DNA from: Xanthomonas campestris pv. campestris str. ATCC 33913
GTDB taxonomy: Bacteria > Pseudomonadota > Gammaproteobacteria > Xanthomonadales > Xanthomonadaceae
Reading direction: 5' to 3'
DNA: 32,000 bases
NCBI RefSeq assembly: GCF_000007145.1
Contig: NC_003902.1
Location: 3,626,497-3,658,496 of the forward strand
The notes beneath the pieces were generated by a model that made no database searches, was not told the origin of the DNA, and worked only from the letters and a program-made list of their open reading frames with translations. The translations under genes and the position numbers were made by a program. Below are positions 17,316-25,997 of the stretch, piece after piece. How positions within the stretch are numbered: the first letter of the stretch is position 1; every line of letters starts with the position of its first letter.

Positions 17316-17789
17316 TCAGAACGACACGTCCACCGGCTGCCGCGCCCACAGCACCGACTGGTGACCGGTGGCCTGCTTCCACGCCAGGCGGATCGCCTCG
17401 ATGTCGTTGCGCCGCTGCGGGCTGTCTTCGTGCAGGATCACCAGCACCTTGGTGCCGAGCCGGTTCGGTTCCTTGGCGCCGCGGAACAGCCACTGGCCGT
17501 AGGCGTCGAACACGGTGAGCCCGTCCGGAAAGCGCGGGGTCACTTCCTTGTCCAAAAACGCGCGCCACTGCGCGTCGCTGATGGTGCGGGTCTGCGGTCG
17601 GTCAGCCGGGCCGGTTTCCTCGCCCACTCCAAAATACAGTTCGCTCCGCACCCAACCCCGCGCTGCCGCCGGGCGCGCGGCATCGCCCTGCAGGCTGGCG
17701 GTGGTGGAGGCCGGCGCGTGCCCCGGCGTGGTGGCGCAGGCAGACAACGCCAACACGGCGGCGAACAGGCAGGACGGCAACAACTTCAT
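17316..17789 (-). CDS. DUF3574-like lipoprotein
   Basis: MKLLPSCLFAAVLALSAC (lipobox LSAC). ATG at 17789 is preceded by GGAGAG; the first codon shown in the ORF track is a TTG at 17792. WVRSELYFGVG..ISDAQWRAFLDKEVTPRFPDGLTVFDAYGQW..KVLVILH fits my recollection of DUF3574. Confidence 0.65.
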   Translation of the reverse strand: MKLLPSCLFAAVLALSACATTPGHAPASTTASLQGDAARPAAARGWVRSELYFGVGEETGPADRPQTRTISDAQWRAFLDKEVTPRFPDGLTVFDAYGQWLFRGAKEPNRLGTKVLVILHEDSPQRRNDIEAIRLAWKQATGHQSVLWARQPVDVSF

Positions 17790-17993
17790 CAATCTCTCCA
17801 GGCGGGGGCCGGCTCATGCAGGCGGGATATCAGCTCATGCCGGCGCGGGGGCACTGTGCCATCTCGCGCCGGCCTGAACAACACGATAATATCTCTCCAT
17901 CCGGATGGAAGTGGAACACTCCCGGCCCCCACCTTGCACGCCAGCGCGGCCGGATGCCGACGCGCGGCGGCCTGCCGTATTTCAGGAGACAGC

Positions 17994-20429
17994 ATGACCC
18001 GCCCCACCCTTTCGGTTATCGGCCTGGCCGTGGCCGCCGTCCTCAGCGCCAACGCCCAGGCCCAGCAAGCCGCGCCCGGCGCCACCACGCTGGACACGGT
18101 GATCGTCACCGGCACCCGTGCCAGCGACCGCACCGTGCTCGAATCCACGGTGCCGGTGGACGTGCTCACCGCCGAGGACATCCGCAAGGCCGGCGTGGTC
18201 AACGGTGAACTGGGCAGCGCGCTGCAGGCGCTGCTGCCATCCTTCAACTTCCCGCGCCAGTCCAACTCCGGTGGTGCCGACCACATCCGCGCCGCACAGC
18301 TGCGTGGGCTCTCGCCCGATCAGGTGCTGGTGCTGGTCAACGGCAAGCGCCGGCATACCTCGGCGCTGGTCAATACCGACAGCAAGATCGGCAAGGGCAC
18401 CACGCCGGTGGATTTCAATTCCATCCCGATCAACGCCATCAAGCGCATCGAAGTGCTGCGCGACGGCGCCGGCGCGCAATACGGCTCCGATGCCATCGCC
18501 GGGGTCATCAATGTCATCCTGGACGACAACCCCGAGCGCGGTGAACTGGAAGCCAGCTTCGGTGCGTACAACACCGATGTGGAGCCGATCAATCGGCGCG
18601 TCACCGATGGCCAGACCAGCTACGCCAGCGCCAAGGTCGGCACGCTGCTGGGCGACGACGGTGGCTTCTTCAAGGTGGGCCTGGAGCTGAAGAACCGCGA
18701 GGCCACCAACCGCGCCGGCTTCGATCAGATTCCGCCGTTCGAAGAACAGACCCCCGCCAACCTGGCCCTGGCCGGCCAGCGCAACTACGTGCTCGGCGAT
18801 GGCGCCACCAAGGGCCTGAACGCCTGGCTCAACACCAAGATTCCGTTCAGTGCCACCGGCGAGTTCTACGCCTTCGGTACCTACAACCAGCGCGACACCG
18901 AAGGCGCCAATTACTTCCGTTACCCGGACAGCAGCGCCAACTGGCGCGAGATCTACCCCAACGGCTACCGCCCGATTTCCGAAGGCGAAAACCGCGACCT
19001 GCAGATCGTGGCCGGCGCCCGCGGGCAATGGGGCGACTGGGACTACGACGCCAGCCTGGATTACGGCCGCAACGACTTCACCTACCGGCTGCGCAACTCG
19101 CTCAACGCCTCGCTCGGCCCGGGCAGCACCACGCGCTTCAAGACCGGTGATTTCGCCTTTGCGCAGACCGTGGGCAATTTCGATTTGACCCGCGTGTTCG
19201 ATGCGGCCGATGCCACCCACACCTTCGGCACCGGCGCCGAATTCCGCCGTGAGCAGTACCGCACGCATGCCGGCGACCCGGCCAGCTACGCGGCCGGCCC
19301 GTTCACCGATCGCCCCACCGGCTCGCAGGCCGGCGGCGGGCTCACCCCGCAGGACGAGGCCGATCTGTCGCGCAATGTGGCCAGCGTCTACGCCAACGTG
19401 TCCAGCCAGTTCGGCGACAAGTTCTCCACCGACCTGGCCGGCCGCTACGAGCACTACCAGGATTTCGGCAGCCAGTGGACCGGCAAGCTGGCCGCACGCT
19501 ACGCGTTCGCACCGGCATTCGCGCTGCGCGGTGCGGTCTCCAACAACGTGCGTGCGCCCTCGCTGAGCCAGATCGGCTACGAAGCCACCTCCACCGGCTA
19601 CGACGCCGCGGGCCGCCTGACCCAGGGCCGCCTGCTGTCGGTCAACAACCCGATCGCCCGCGCGCTCGGTGCCACCGATCTGAAGCCGGAAAAGTCGATC
19701 AACGCCAGCCTGGGTTTCACCAGCAAGCTGGGCGATCACTTCGACCTGTCGCTGGACTTTTTCCAGATCGACATCGACGACCGCATCGCGCTGTCCGAAG
19801 ACATCACCGGCAGCAGCCTCACCGATTTCGTGCAGCAGAACTTCGGCGTCACCGGCGTGCAGAGCGCCAGCTACTTCCTCAACGCCGCCGACACCCGCAC
19901 CCGCGGCGCCGAGCTGGTCGCCAACTGGCGCCAGTACGCCTTCGGCGGCGACCTGCTGCTGACCGGCACCTACAGCTATGCCAAGACCGAGTTGAAGAAC
20001 GTCATCGCCACGCCGTCGCAACTGCTGGCGCTGGATCCGGACTACGTGCTGTTCGGCGTGGAAGAGAGCAACACGCTCACCGATGCAGCCCCGCGCACCC
20101 GCGCATCGCTCGCCGCCAACTGGAGCAACGAGCACTGGAACCTGCAGAGCCGCATCAACCGCTACGGCAGCGCCACCCGCGTGTTCGACTTCGGTGCCGG
20201 CTTCGTGCCGCGCCAGACCTACGGTGCGGAATGGCAGTTGGACCTGGAAGCCGAATACCGCCTGGGCACGCAATGGACGCTGGCGATCGGCGGCCAGAAC
20301 ATCCTGGACAACTACTCGGACCGCTCCATCGACGACATCGCCTACTTCGGCAACCTGCCCTACGACGTGCTATCGCCGATCGGCAGCAATGGCGCGTACT
20401 GGTATGGACGGGTGCGGTATAGCTTCTGA
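17994..20429 (+). CDS. TonB-dependent outer-membrane receptor (substrate unknown)
   Basis: ORF 17268..20429 trimmed to the ATG at 17994 (AGGAGA RBS). It has signal peptide MTRPTLSVIGLAVAAVLSANAQA, plug TLDTVIVTGTRASDRTVLESTVPVDVLTAEDIRKAG..AQLRGLSPDQVLVLVNGKRRH, and a C-terminal GAYWYGRVRYSF with terminal Phe. 811 aa. Confidence 0.9.
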   Translation: MTRPTLSVIGLAVAAVLSANAQAQQAAPGATTLDTVIVTGTRASDRTVLESTVPVDVLTAEDIRKAGVVNGELGSALQALLPSFNFPRQSNSGGADHIRAAQLRGLSPDQVLVLVNGKRRHTSALVNTDSKIGKGTTPVDFNSIPINAIKRIEVLRDGAGAQYGSDAIAGVINVILDDNPERGELEASFGAYNTDVEPINRRVTDGQTSYASAKVGTLLGDDGGFFKVGLELKNREATNRAGFDQIPPFEEQTPANLALAGQRNYVLGDGATKGLNAWLNTKIPFSATGEFYAFGTYNQRDTEGANYFRYPDSSANWREIYPNGYRPISEGENRDLQIVAGARGQWGDWDYDASLDYGRNDFTYRLRNSLNASLGPGSTTRFKTGDFAFAQTVGNFDLTRVFDAADATHTFGTGAEFRREQYRTHAGDPASYAAGPFTDRPTGSQAGGGLTPQDEADLSRNVASVYANVSSQFGDKFSTDLAGRYEHYQDFGSQWTGKLAARYAFAPAFALRGAVSNNVRAPSLSQIGYEATSTGYDAAGRLTQGRLLSVNNPIARALGATDLKPEKSINASLGFTSKLGDHFDLSLDFFQIDIDDRIALSEDITGSSLTDFVQQNFGVTGVQSASYFLNAADTRTRGAELVANWRQYAFGGDLLLTGTYSYAKTELKNVIATPSQLLALDPDYVLFGVEESNTLTDAAPRTRASLAANWSNEHWNLQSRINRYGSATRVFDFGAGFVPRQTYGAEWQLDLEAEYRLGTQWTLAIGGQNILDNYSDRSIDDIAYFGNLPYDVLSPIGSNGAYWYGRVRYSF

Positions 20430-20470
20430 GCGAAAGCGAAGAGCTTGAGACCTCTCTCCTCAGAGAGACT

Positions 20471-21068
20471 GCTTTAGCCCCTCTCCTACGGGAGAGGGGT
20501 TGGGGTGAGGGTAAGGAGCGAAGCCCTCGTGGCGTTCCAACTGCACGAGGCTTTGCCCGTACCCTCATCCGCCCCTGCTGGGCACCTTCTCCCGAGGGAA
20601 GAAGGGAAGAACACCGAGGCTACCGCTTTAGCCCCTCTCCTGCGGGAGAGGGGTTGGGGTGAGGGTACGGAGCGAAGCCCTCGTGGCGTTCCAACTGCAC
20701 GAAGCTTCGCTCGTGCCCTCATCCGCCCCTTCGGGGCACCTTCTCCCGATGGGAGAAGGGAAGAACACCGAGGCTACCGCTTTAGCCCCTCTCCTGCGGG
20801 AGAGGGGTTGGGGTGAGGGTACGGAGCGAAGCCTTCGTGGCATTCCAACCGCACGAGGCTTTGCCCGTACCCGCATCCGCCCCTGCGGGGCACCTTCTCC
20901 CGAGGGGAGAAGGGAGAACACCGAGGCTACCGCTTTAGCCCCTCTCCTGCGGGAGAGGGGTTGGGGTGAGGGTACGGAGCGAAGCCCTCGTGGCGTTCCA
21001 ACTGCACGAGGCTTTGCCCGTACCCTCATCCGCCCCTGCGGGGCACCTTCTCCCGACGGGAGAAGGGA
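20471..21068. repeat. Tandem array of four ~154-bp composite palindromic units (REP/MITE-like)
   Basis: The string gctttagcccctctcct recurs at 20471, 20625, 20779 and 20932 (periods 154, 154, 153). Each unit contains CCCCTCTCC-tgcg-GGAGAGGGG, then ttggggtgagggtacgg, a central stem, ccgtaccctcatcc, GCCCC-tgc-GGGGC, and CTTCTCCC-gagg-GGAGAAG. Both strands stay open across the array, which explains ORFs 20628..21476 and 20659..21093. Confidence 0.9.
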
Positions 21069-21123
21069 TGGCAGTCGCCGTTGCATAACCTGAATATCAC
21101 ATCGCTTTGCGCACACTAGCGCG

Positions 21124-21882
21124 ATGGCAGACTTGCATTCCCCCCTTCCGTCGCCGCCATTGCTGGACGATGCCTGCGCATTGTTCCTGGACGTGGACGG
21201 CACCCTGATCGACTTTGCGCACACCCCCGAAGCAGTGCAGTTGCTGCCGGAGGTACGCGACGCAATCGCGCGCCTTAGCGAGCGCCTTGGCGGCGCCGTC
21301 GCCCTGGTCAGCGGGCGGCCGCTATCCCAACTGGACGCCCTGTTCGCACCCCTGCTGCTGCCGGCCGCCGGCCTGCACGGGCACGAGTTGCGCAGCGACG
21401 CAGCCGCACGCGCGGCAATGCCGCAAGACACCTCCGAATGGTTGCACGGCTTGCATAAACGCGCCGCTGCACTCACGCATCAACATCCTGGCGTGCTGGT
21501 CGAAGACAAAGGCGTCAGCGTCGCTCTGCATTGGCGCGCGCAACCACTTGCCGGCCCCGACGTACTCGCCTTCGCACAGCAGGAAATCGCGGCGCTGTCG
21601 GGTTACCGCCTACAGCCCGGCGATCACGTCGTTGAATTTGTTCCCGAAGGCAGCAACAAGGGCCTGGCGGTCGAGCAGCTGATGCAGCAGCCGGCATTTG
21701 CGGGCCGCACGCCGGTGTTTGTCGGCGACGACCTCACCGACGAATTCGGTTTCCAGGCGGCCAATCGCCTCGGCGGCTGGAGCGTGCTGGTCGGCGACCG
21801 CGCCCAGACCGACGCACGCTTCCGCGTGTCGGGCACCGCCGCCGTGCATGCCTGGTTGCAGCGCAGCGCGCACACCGCGTGA
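21124..21882 (+). CDS. otsB: Trehalose-6-phosphate phosphatase (HAD superfamily)
   Basis: 252-aa ORF. It has HAD motif I FLDVDGTLIDF, later VSGRP and GDDLTDE motifs, and sits in an operon with otsA. Confidence 0.85.
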   Translation: MADLHSPLPSPPLLDDACALFLDVDGTLIDFAHTPEAVQLLPEVRDAIARLSERLGGAVALVSGRPLSQLDALFAPLLLPAAGLHGHELRSDAAARAAMPQDTSEWLHGLHKRAAALTHQHPGVLVEDKGVSVALHWRAQPLAGPDVLAFAQQEIAALSGYRLQPGDHVVEFVPEGSNKGLAVEQLMQQPAFAGRTPVFVGDDLTDEFGFQAANRLGGWSVLVGDRAQTDARFRVSGTAAVHAWLQRSAHTA

Positions 21883-21931
21883 GCGCGTTACGCGCTCCCC
21901 ATCGTTTTTCCCCCAAGACGTTACGCATTTC

Positions 21932-23710
21932 ATGACCGAGTCTTCTCTGGATCTGGGCGTCATCGGCAATTGCAGTTTTGGTGCACTGGTGGACCGCCAG
22001 GCACGTGTGGTGTGGAGCTGCCTGCCGGCGTTCGACGGTGACCCTGCGTTTTGCTCGCTGCTCTCGCCCAAGGGCGAAGGTGGCGACTTCGCGGTGGAAC
22101 TCGAGGATTTCGAGAGCAGCGAACAACACTACCTGCCCAATACCGCGGTGCTGCGCACGGTGCTGCGCGACAGCAAGGGCGGCGAAGTCGAGGTGATCGA
22201 CTTCGCGCCGCGCTGGCGCAACAACGGCCGCTTCTATCGGCCGGTGAGCATTATCCGGCAGATCCGCCCGTTGGCCGGCAACCCGCGCATCGTGGTGCGC
22301 GCACGCCCGCTGGCTGATTGGGGCGGACGCACGCCGGATACCACCTGGGGCAGCAACCACATCCGCTGGGTGCTGCCGGACTTCACCCTGCGCCTGACCA
22401 CCGATGTGCCGGTGCGCTTTGTCCGCGATGGCCTGCCGTTCGTGCTCAGCCATCCGGTCAGCCTGGTGCTGGGCGTGGACGAATCGCTCACCCGCTCGCT
22501 CACCGGCTATGTACAGGAAGCGCAGGAACGCACCGAAGAGTACTGGCGCGAATGGGTGCGCTATCTGTCGATTCCGCTGGACTGGCAGGAAGCGGTGATC
22601 CGCAGTGCGATCACGCTCAAGCTCTGCCAGTACGAAGACAGCGGCGCAATCATTGCGGCGATGACCACCTCCATCCCGGAAGCGCCCAACACACCGCGCA
22701 ACTGGGACTACCGCTATTGCTGGCTGCGCGATGCCGCCTTCGTGGTGCGTGCGCTCAATCGCCTGGGCGCCACGCGCACGATGGAGCAGTTCATCGGCTA
22801 CATCTTCAACATCGCCACTACCGACGGCACCATGCAGCCGCTGTACGGCATCGGCTTCGAATCGCAGCTGGAAGAGCACGAAGTCGACACCATGGACGGC
22901 TACCGCGGCATGGGCCCGGTGCGTCGCGGCAACCTGGCCTGGATCCAGCAGCAGCACGATGTTTACGGTAGCGTGGTGCTGGCCTCCACGCAGTTGTTCT
23001 TCGACCTGCGCCTCAAAGATCAAGGCGACGCGTCCACGTTCCGCAAGCTCGAACCCTTGGGCGAGCGTGCCTTTGCCCTGCACAACGTGCCGGATGCCGG
23101 CCTGTGGGAATTCCGCGGCCGCGCCGAGGTGCACACTTACACTGCGGCGATGTGCTGGGCGGCCTGCGACCGGTTGTCGAAGATCGCCGAACGGCTCGCG
23201 CTGGACGATCGCAGCGTGTACTGGCGCGAGCGCGCCGACACCATCCGCGAACGCGTGCTGGCAGAGGCGTGGAGCGACGAACACGGCCATTTCACCGACA
23301 CCCTGGGTGGCCATCGCCTGGACGCCTCGCTGTTGCTACTGGCCGACATCGGCATCGTGGCCAACGACGACCCGCGCTTTGTGCACACGGTCGAGGCAGT
23401 CGGGCGCGTGCTCAAGCATGGCGATGCACTGTACCGCTACATCGCACCGGATGACTTCGGTGAGCCGGAAACCAGCTTCACCATCTGCACGTTCTGGTAC
23501 ATCGACGCGCTGGCCGCGATCGGGCGCAAGGACGAGGCGCGTGAATTGTTCGAGCGCATCCTTTCGCGCCGTAATCACCTCGGCTTGCTCTCTGAAGACC
23601 TATCGTTTGAAAACGGCGAAGCCTGGGGCAATTTCCCCCAGACCTATTCGCATGTGGGCTTGATCATTGCAGCAATGCGCTTGTCGCGGAGTTGGCAGGA
23701 GGCGTCATGA
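21932..23710 (+). CDS. Glycoside hydrolase family 15 protein (glucoamylase/trehalase-like)
   Basis: ORF 21698..23710 trimmed to the ATG at 21932 (MTESSLDLGVIGNCSFGALVDRQARVVWSCLPAFDGDPAFCSLL..). The region ..AMTTSIPEAPNTPRNWDYRYCWLRDAAFVVRAL..GLWEFRG..TFWYIDAL..GLLSEDL..GNFPQTYSHVGLI.. is typical of bacterial GH15. 592 aa. Confidence 0.85.
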   Translation: MTESSLDLGVIGNCSFGALVDRQARVVWSCLPAFDGDPAFCSLLSPKGEGGDFAVELEDFESSEQHYLPNTAVLRTVLRDSKGGEVEVIDFAPRWRNNGRFYRPVSIIRQIRPLAGNPRIVVRARPLADWGGRTPDTTWGSNHIRWVLPDFTLRLTTDVPVRFVRDGLPFVLSHPVSLVLGVDESLTRSLTGYVQEAQERTEEYWREWVRYLSIPLDWQEAVIRSAITLKLCQYEDSGAIIAAMTTSIPEAPNTPRNWDYRYCWLRDAAFVVRALNRLGATRTMEQFIGYIFNIATTDGTMQPLYGIGFESQLEEHEVDTMDGYRGMGPVRRGNLAWIQQQHDVYGSVVLASTQLFFDLRLKDQGDASTFRKLEPLGERAFALHNVPDAGLWEFRGRAEVHTYTAAMCWAACDRLSKIAERLALDDRSVYWRERADTIRERVLAEAWSDEHGHFTDTLGGHRLDASLLLLADIGIVANDDPRFVHTVEAVGRVLKHGDALYRYIAPDDFGEPETSFTICTFWYIDALAAIGRKDEARELFERILSRRNHLGLLSEDLSFENGEAWGNFPQTYSHVGLIIAAMRLSRSWQEAS

Positions 23711-25074
23711 GTCGTCTGGTGGTAGTATCCAATCGTGTGGCCGTGCCTGGTGAAAGCCGTGCCGGCGGCCTGGCAGTGGGCTTGTTGGCGGCGTTGAAGG
23801 AGCGCGGCGGGGTGTGGTTCGGCTGGAGCGGCAAGACCGTGCGCGGCGACAGCGGCGGCATGCACGAGCAGACCGACGGTGACATCAAGTTCGTCACCAT
23901 GGACCTCAACAAGCGCGACATCGATTCCTACTACAACGGCTTTGCCAACCGCACGCTGTGGCCGCTGCTGCACTTCCGCCTGGACCTGGTCGATTACGAC
24001 CGCGCCACGCGCGAAGGCTACCTGCGCGTCAATCGCCTGTTCGCCGAGAAGCTGGCGCCCTTGCTCAAGGACAGCGACACGCTGTGGATCCACGATTACC
24101 ACATGATTCCGCTCGGCGCGATGCTGCGCGAGCTCGGTGTGGGCTGCAAGATGGGCTTCTTCCTGCATGTGCCGATGCCGTCGGCCGACCTGATGCAGGC
24201 GATGCCGGATCACGCGCGCTTGTTCAGCACGTTCTACGCGTACGACCTGGTTGGCTTCCAGACCCAGCGCGATGCCGAACGCTTCAAGGCGTATGTGCGC
24301 CTGTTCGGTGGTGGGCGCGTGCTGGAGGGCGATCTGGTGGAAGGCCCGGGTGGGCGCCGCTTCAGCGCTGCTGCGTTCCCGATCGGCATCGACACCGATC
24401 TGATTGCCAATCAGGCCAAGGCGTCGGTCTCCAAGCAGGCAGTGCGCGATCTTCGCGAAAGCCTGCGCGGGCGCCAGCTCGCGATCGGCGTGGATCGCCT
24501 GGATTATTCCAAGGGTCTGCCCGAGCGCTTCCAGGGCTTTGAGCGCTATCTGGAGCGCTACCCGGATCAATCCGGCAGCCTCACCTATCTGCAGATTGCA
24601 CCGGTCTCGCGCGGCGACGTCAACGAATATCGCCAGCTGCGCGGGCAGCTTGAGCAGATCGCAGGCCACATCAACGGTGGTCATGCGGAGCCGGATTGGA
24701 CGCCGCTGCGTTACGTCAACCAGAACTTCAGCCATGCCACGTTGACCGGATTTTATCGCGCTGCGGCCGTGGGTTTGGTGACACCATTGCGCGACGGCAT
24801 GAATCTGGTCGCCAAGGAATTTGTGGCAGCGCAGGATCCGGAGAATCCGGGTGTGCTGGTGTTGTCGTTGCTGGCCGGTGCGGCCGATGAGATGAAAGAG
24901 GCGCTGTTGGTCAATCCGCATGATCTGGATGGTGTGGCCGATGCAATTGCGACGGCGGCGAGCATGCCGTTGGCAACGCGGGTGGAGCGTTGGCACGCGA
25001 TGATGGATCACTTGCGCAAGAACAACATCAATCATTGGCGGCAGCGGTATTTGCAGGCGTTGGCCGATATCTGA
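23707..25074 (+). CDS. otsA: Alpha,alpha-trehalose-phosphate synthase (UDP-forming), GT20
   Basis: The ATG at 23707 overlaps the GH15 stop (ATGA at 23707-23710). MSRLVVVSNRVAVP..GGLAVGLL..WFGWSG..YYNGFANRTLWPLLHFRLD..LWIHDYHMIPLG..FFLHVPMPS..VDRLDYSKGL..GMNLVAKEFVAAQ are GT20 hallmarks. 455 aa. Confidence 0.93.
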   Translation: MSRLVVVSNRVAVPGESRAGGLAVGLLAALKERGGVWFGWSGKTVRGDSGGMHEQTDGDIKFVTMDLNKRDIDSYYNGFANRTLWPLLHFRLDLVDYDRATREGYLRVNRLFAEKLAPLLKDSDTLWIHDYHMIPLGAMLRELGVGCKMGFFLHVPMPSADLMQAMPDHARLFSTFYAYDLVGFQTQRDAERFKAYVRLFGGGRVLEGDLVEGPGGRRFSAAAFPIGIDTDLIANQAKASVSKQAVRDLRESLRGRQLAIGVDRLDYSKGLPERFQGFERYLERYPDQSGSLTYLQIAPVSRGDVNEYRQLRGQLEQIAGHINGGHAEPDWTPLRYVNQNFSHATLTGFYRAAAVGLVTPLRDGMNLVAKEFVAAQDPENPGVLVLSLLAGAADEMKEALLVNPHDLDGVADAIATAASMPLATRVERWHAMMDHLRKNNINHWRQRYLQALADI

Positions 25075-25249
25075 GTCTGGCTGTTTCATGCGCGGTGTCG
25101 CGTTTCGCGTCACTGCGTTGATGCAATTTTCTCGCCGTGAGCATGAGAAAGCGTTGCCTAGATGACTGCGCGCAGGGGTTCAGCTGCTGAGTTGTTGATA
25201 GCGTCTTTCGATGCAAGGCACTTCACGGCAAAACAATGCAAGTGCAGAG

Positions 25250-25480
25250 CTTTCGCGCCTGCGGCGCGAGTTCCTTTTGTCTTGGCAAAAGGAACCAAAA
25301 CCGCTGTCGCCGACGCAATCCGGTGCGGTGAAGCCGCACCGGTGCCCTGCGCTCCTCGCCACGCGTGGCACGGCGCCCAAACTCGCTACGCTCAGACAAG
25401 GGCGCCTCTTCGGCCACGCGTGACTGCGGTGCTCGGCTTGCTTTAAGGCGACTGGGTGAAGCAAGAGCAAGAGCGGAACA
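25250..25480. repeat. Hairpin-rich intergenic element (probable dispersed repeat family; only one copy in this window)
   Basis: Four consecutive short perfect hairpins or palindromes: TCGCGCC/GGCGCGA (25253-25269), CCTTTTG/CAAAAGG (25273-25292), CCGGTGCGG/CCGCACCGG (25320-25342), and the palindrome GCCACGCGTGGC (25358-25369). Both strands are open (ORFs 25162..25446, 25180..25470, 25211..25423, 25223..25495), as is typical of repeat-derived spurious ORFs. Confidence 0.4.
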
Positions 25481-25548
25481 GCGCTGCCGAAGCAAGGTTT
25501 CAGGCTTGGCAGGCGACGGATCGCTGTGTTAATCGCAAATAGGGCAAT

Positions 25549-25626
<78 letters not shown>

Positions 25627-25997
25627 AGGCTACGGATATGAGCTACGTGTGCGTCACCGAAGCTGATTAGAGAAATTCAAGAATCGGCACCGTCACTAGT
25701 ATCGGCAATCAGCACAGGCGACCGGCGACTAACGACTATCAGTCAACGAATCAGCAATTGCGTTTAGTTTTTGCCTACTTCGTGTGCTTCAGGTGTGCAG
25801 GTTGGACCGATGGTTCCTATTCCGTCACGGACACGGGATAAGGATGGGTCTAAAATATTCACATGATTAGCGCCGAGGACCCTGGGAGGGGCGGCGCGTT
25901 CATATCCAGGTGCGGCCGCTTTCGCCAGTCCGCTGCCTCTCTCCCTCCACGACCTGCACCGTTTGTTTGGTGCCCGGGTCCTTCCTGATAACTCAAA

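Noticed and set aside
17883-17901. Possible Fur box (cacgataatatctctccat) upstream of the second TonB-dependent receptor
   Set aside because: Only the first GATAAT hexamer matches the GATAATGATAATCATTATC consensus, and the remainder does not.
17982-20273. 763-aa minus-strand ORF
   Set aside because: It is antisense to the second TonB-dependent receptor. The composition is low-complexity and Ala/Gly/Arg-rich.
20471-21068. CRISPR array interpretation of the 154-bp tandem repeats, and likewise of the 260-bp repeats at 30885-31479
   Set aside because: The units are contiguous, with no unique spacers of CRISPR size. The repeat length is far outside the 24-48 bp range, and there are no cas genes in the window.
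20628-21476. 282-aa minus-strand ORF and 144-aa plus-strand ORF (20659..21093) across the 154-bp repeat array
   Set aside because: Both strands are open only because the repeat unit lacks stops. The translated products are reiterations of repeat-derived peptides (..SPQPLSRRRGAKAV.. and ..LLRERGWGEGTERS..). The minus ORF also runs antisense into otsB.
21734-25113. 526-aa (21734..23314) and 489-aa (23644..25113) minus-strand ORFs
   Set aside because: They are antisense to the GH15 gene and otsA respectively. The plus-strand products carry family hallmarks, and these do not.
25162-25495. Four overlapping 70-96-aa ORFs on both strands
   Set aside because: They all lie in the hairpin-rich element. 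Openness in several frames on both strands, together with Arg/Ser/Pro-rich products, indicates a repeat artefact.
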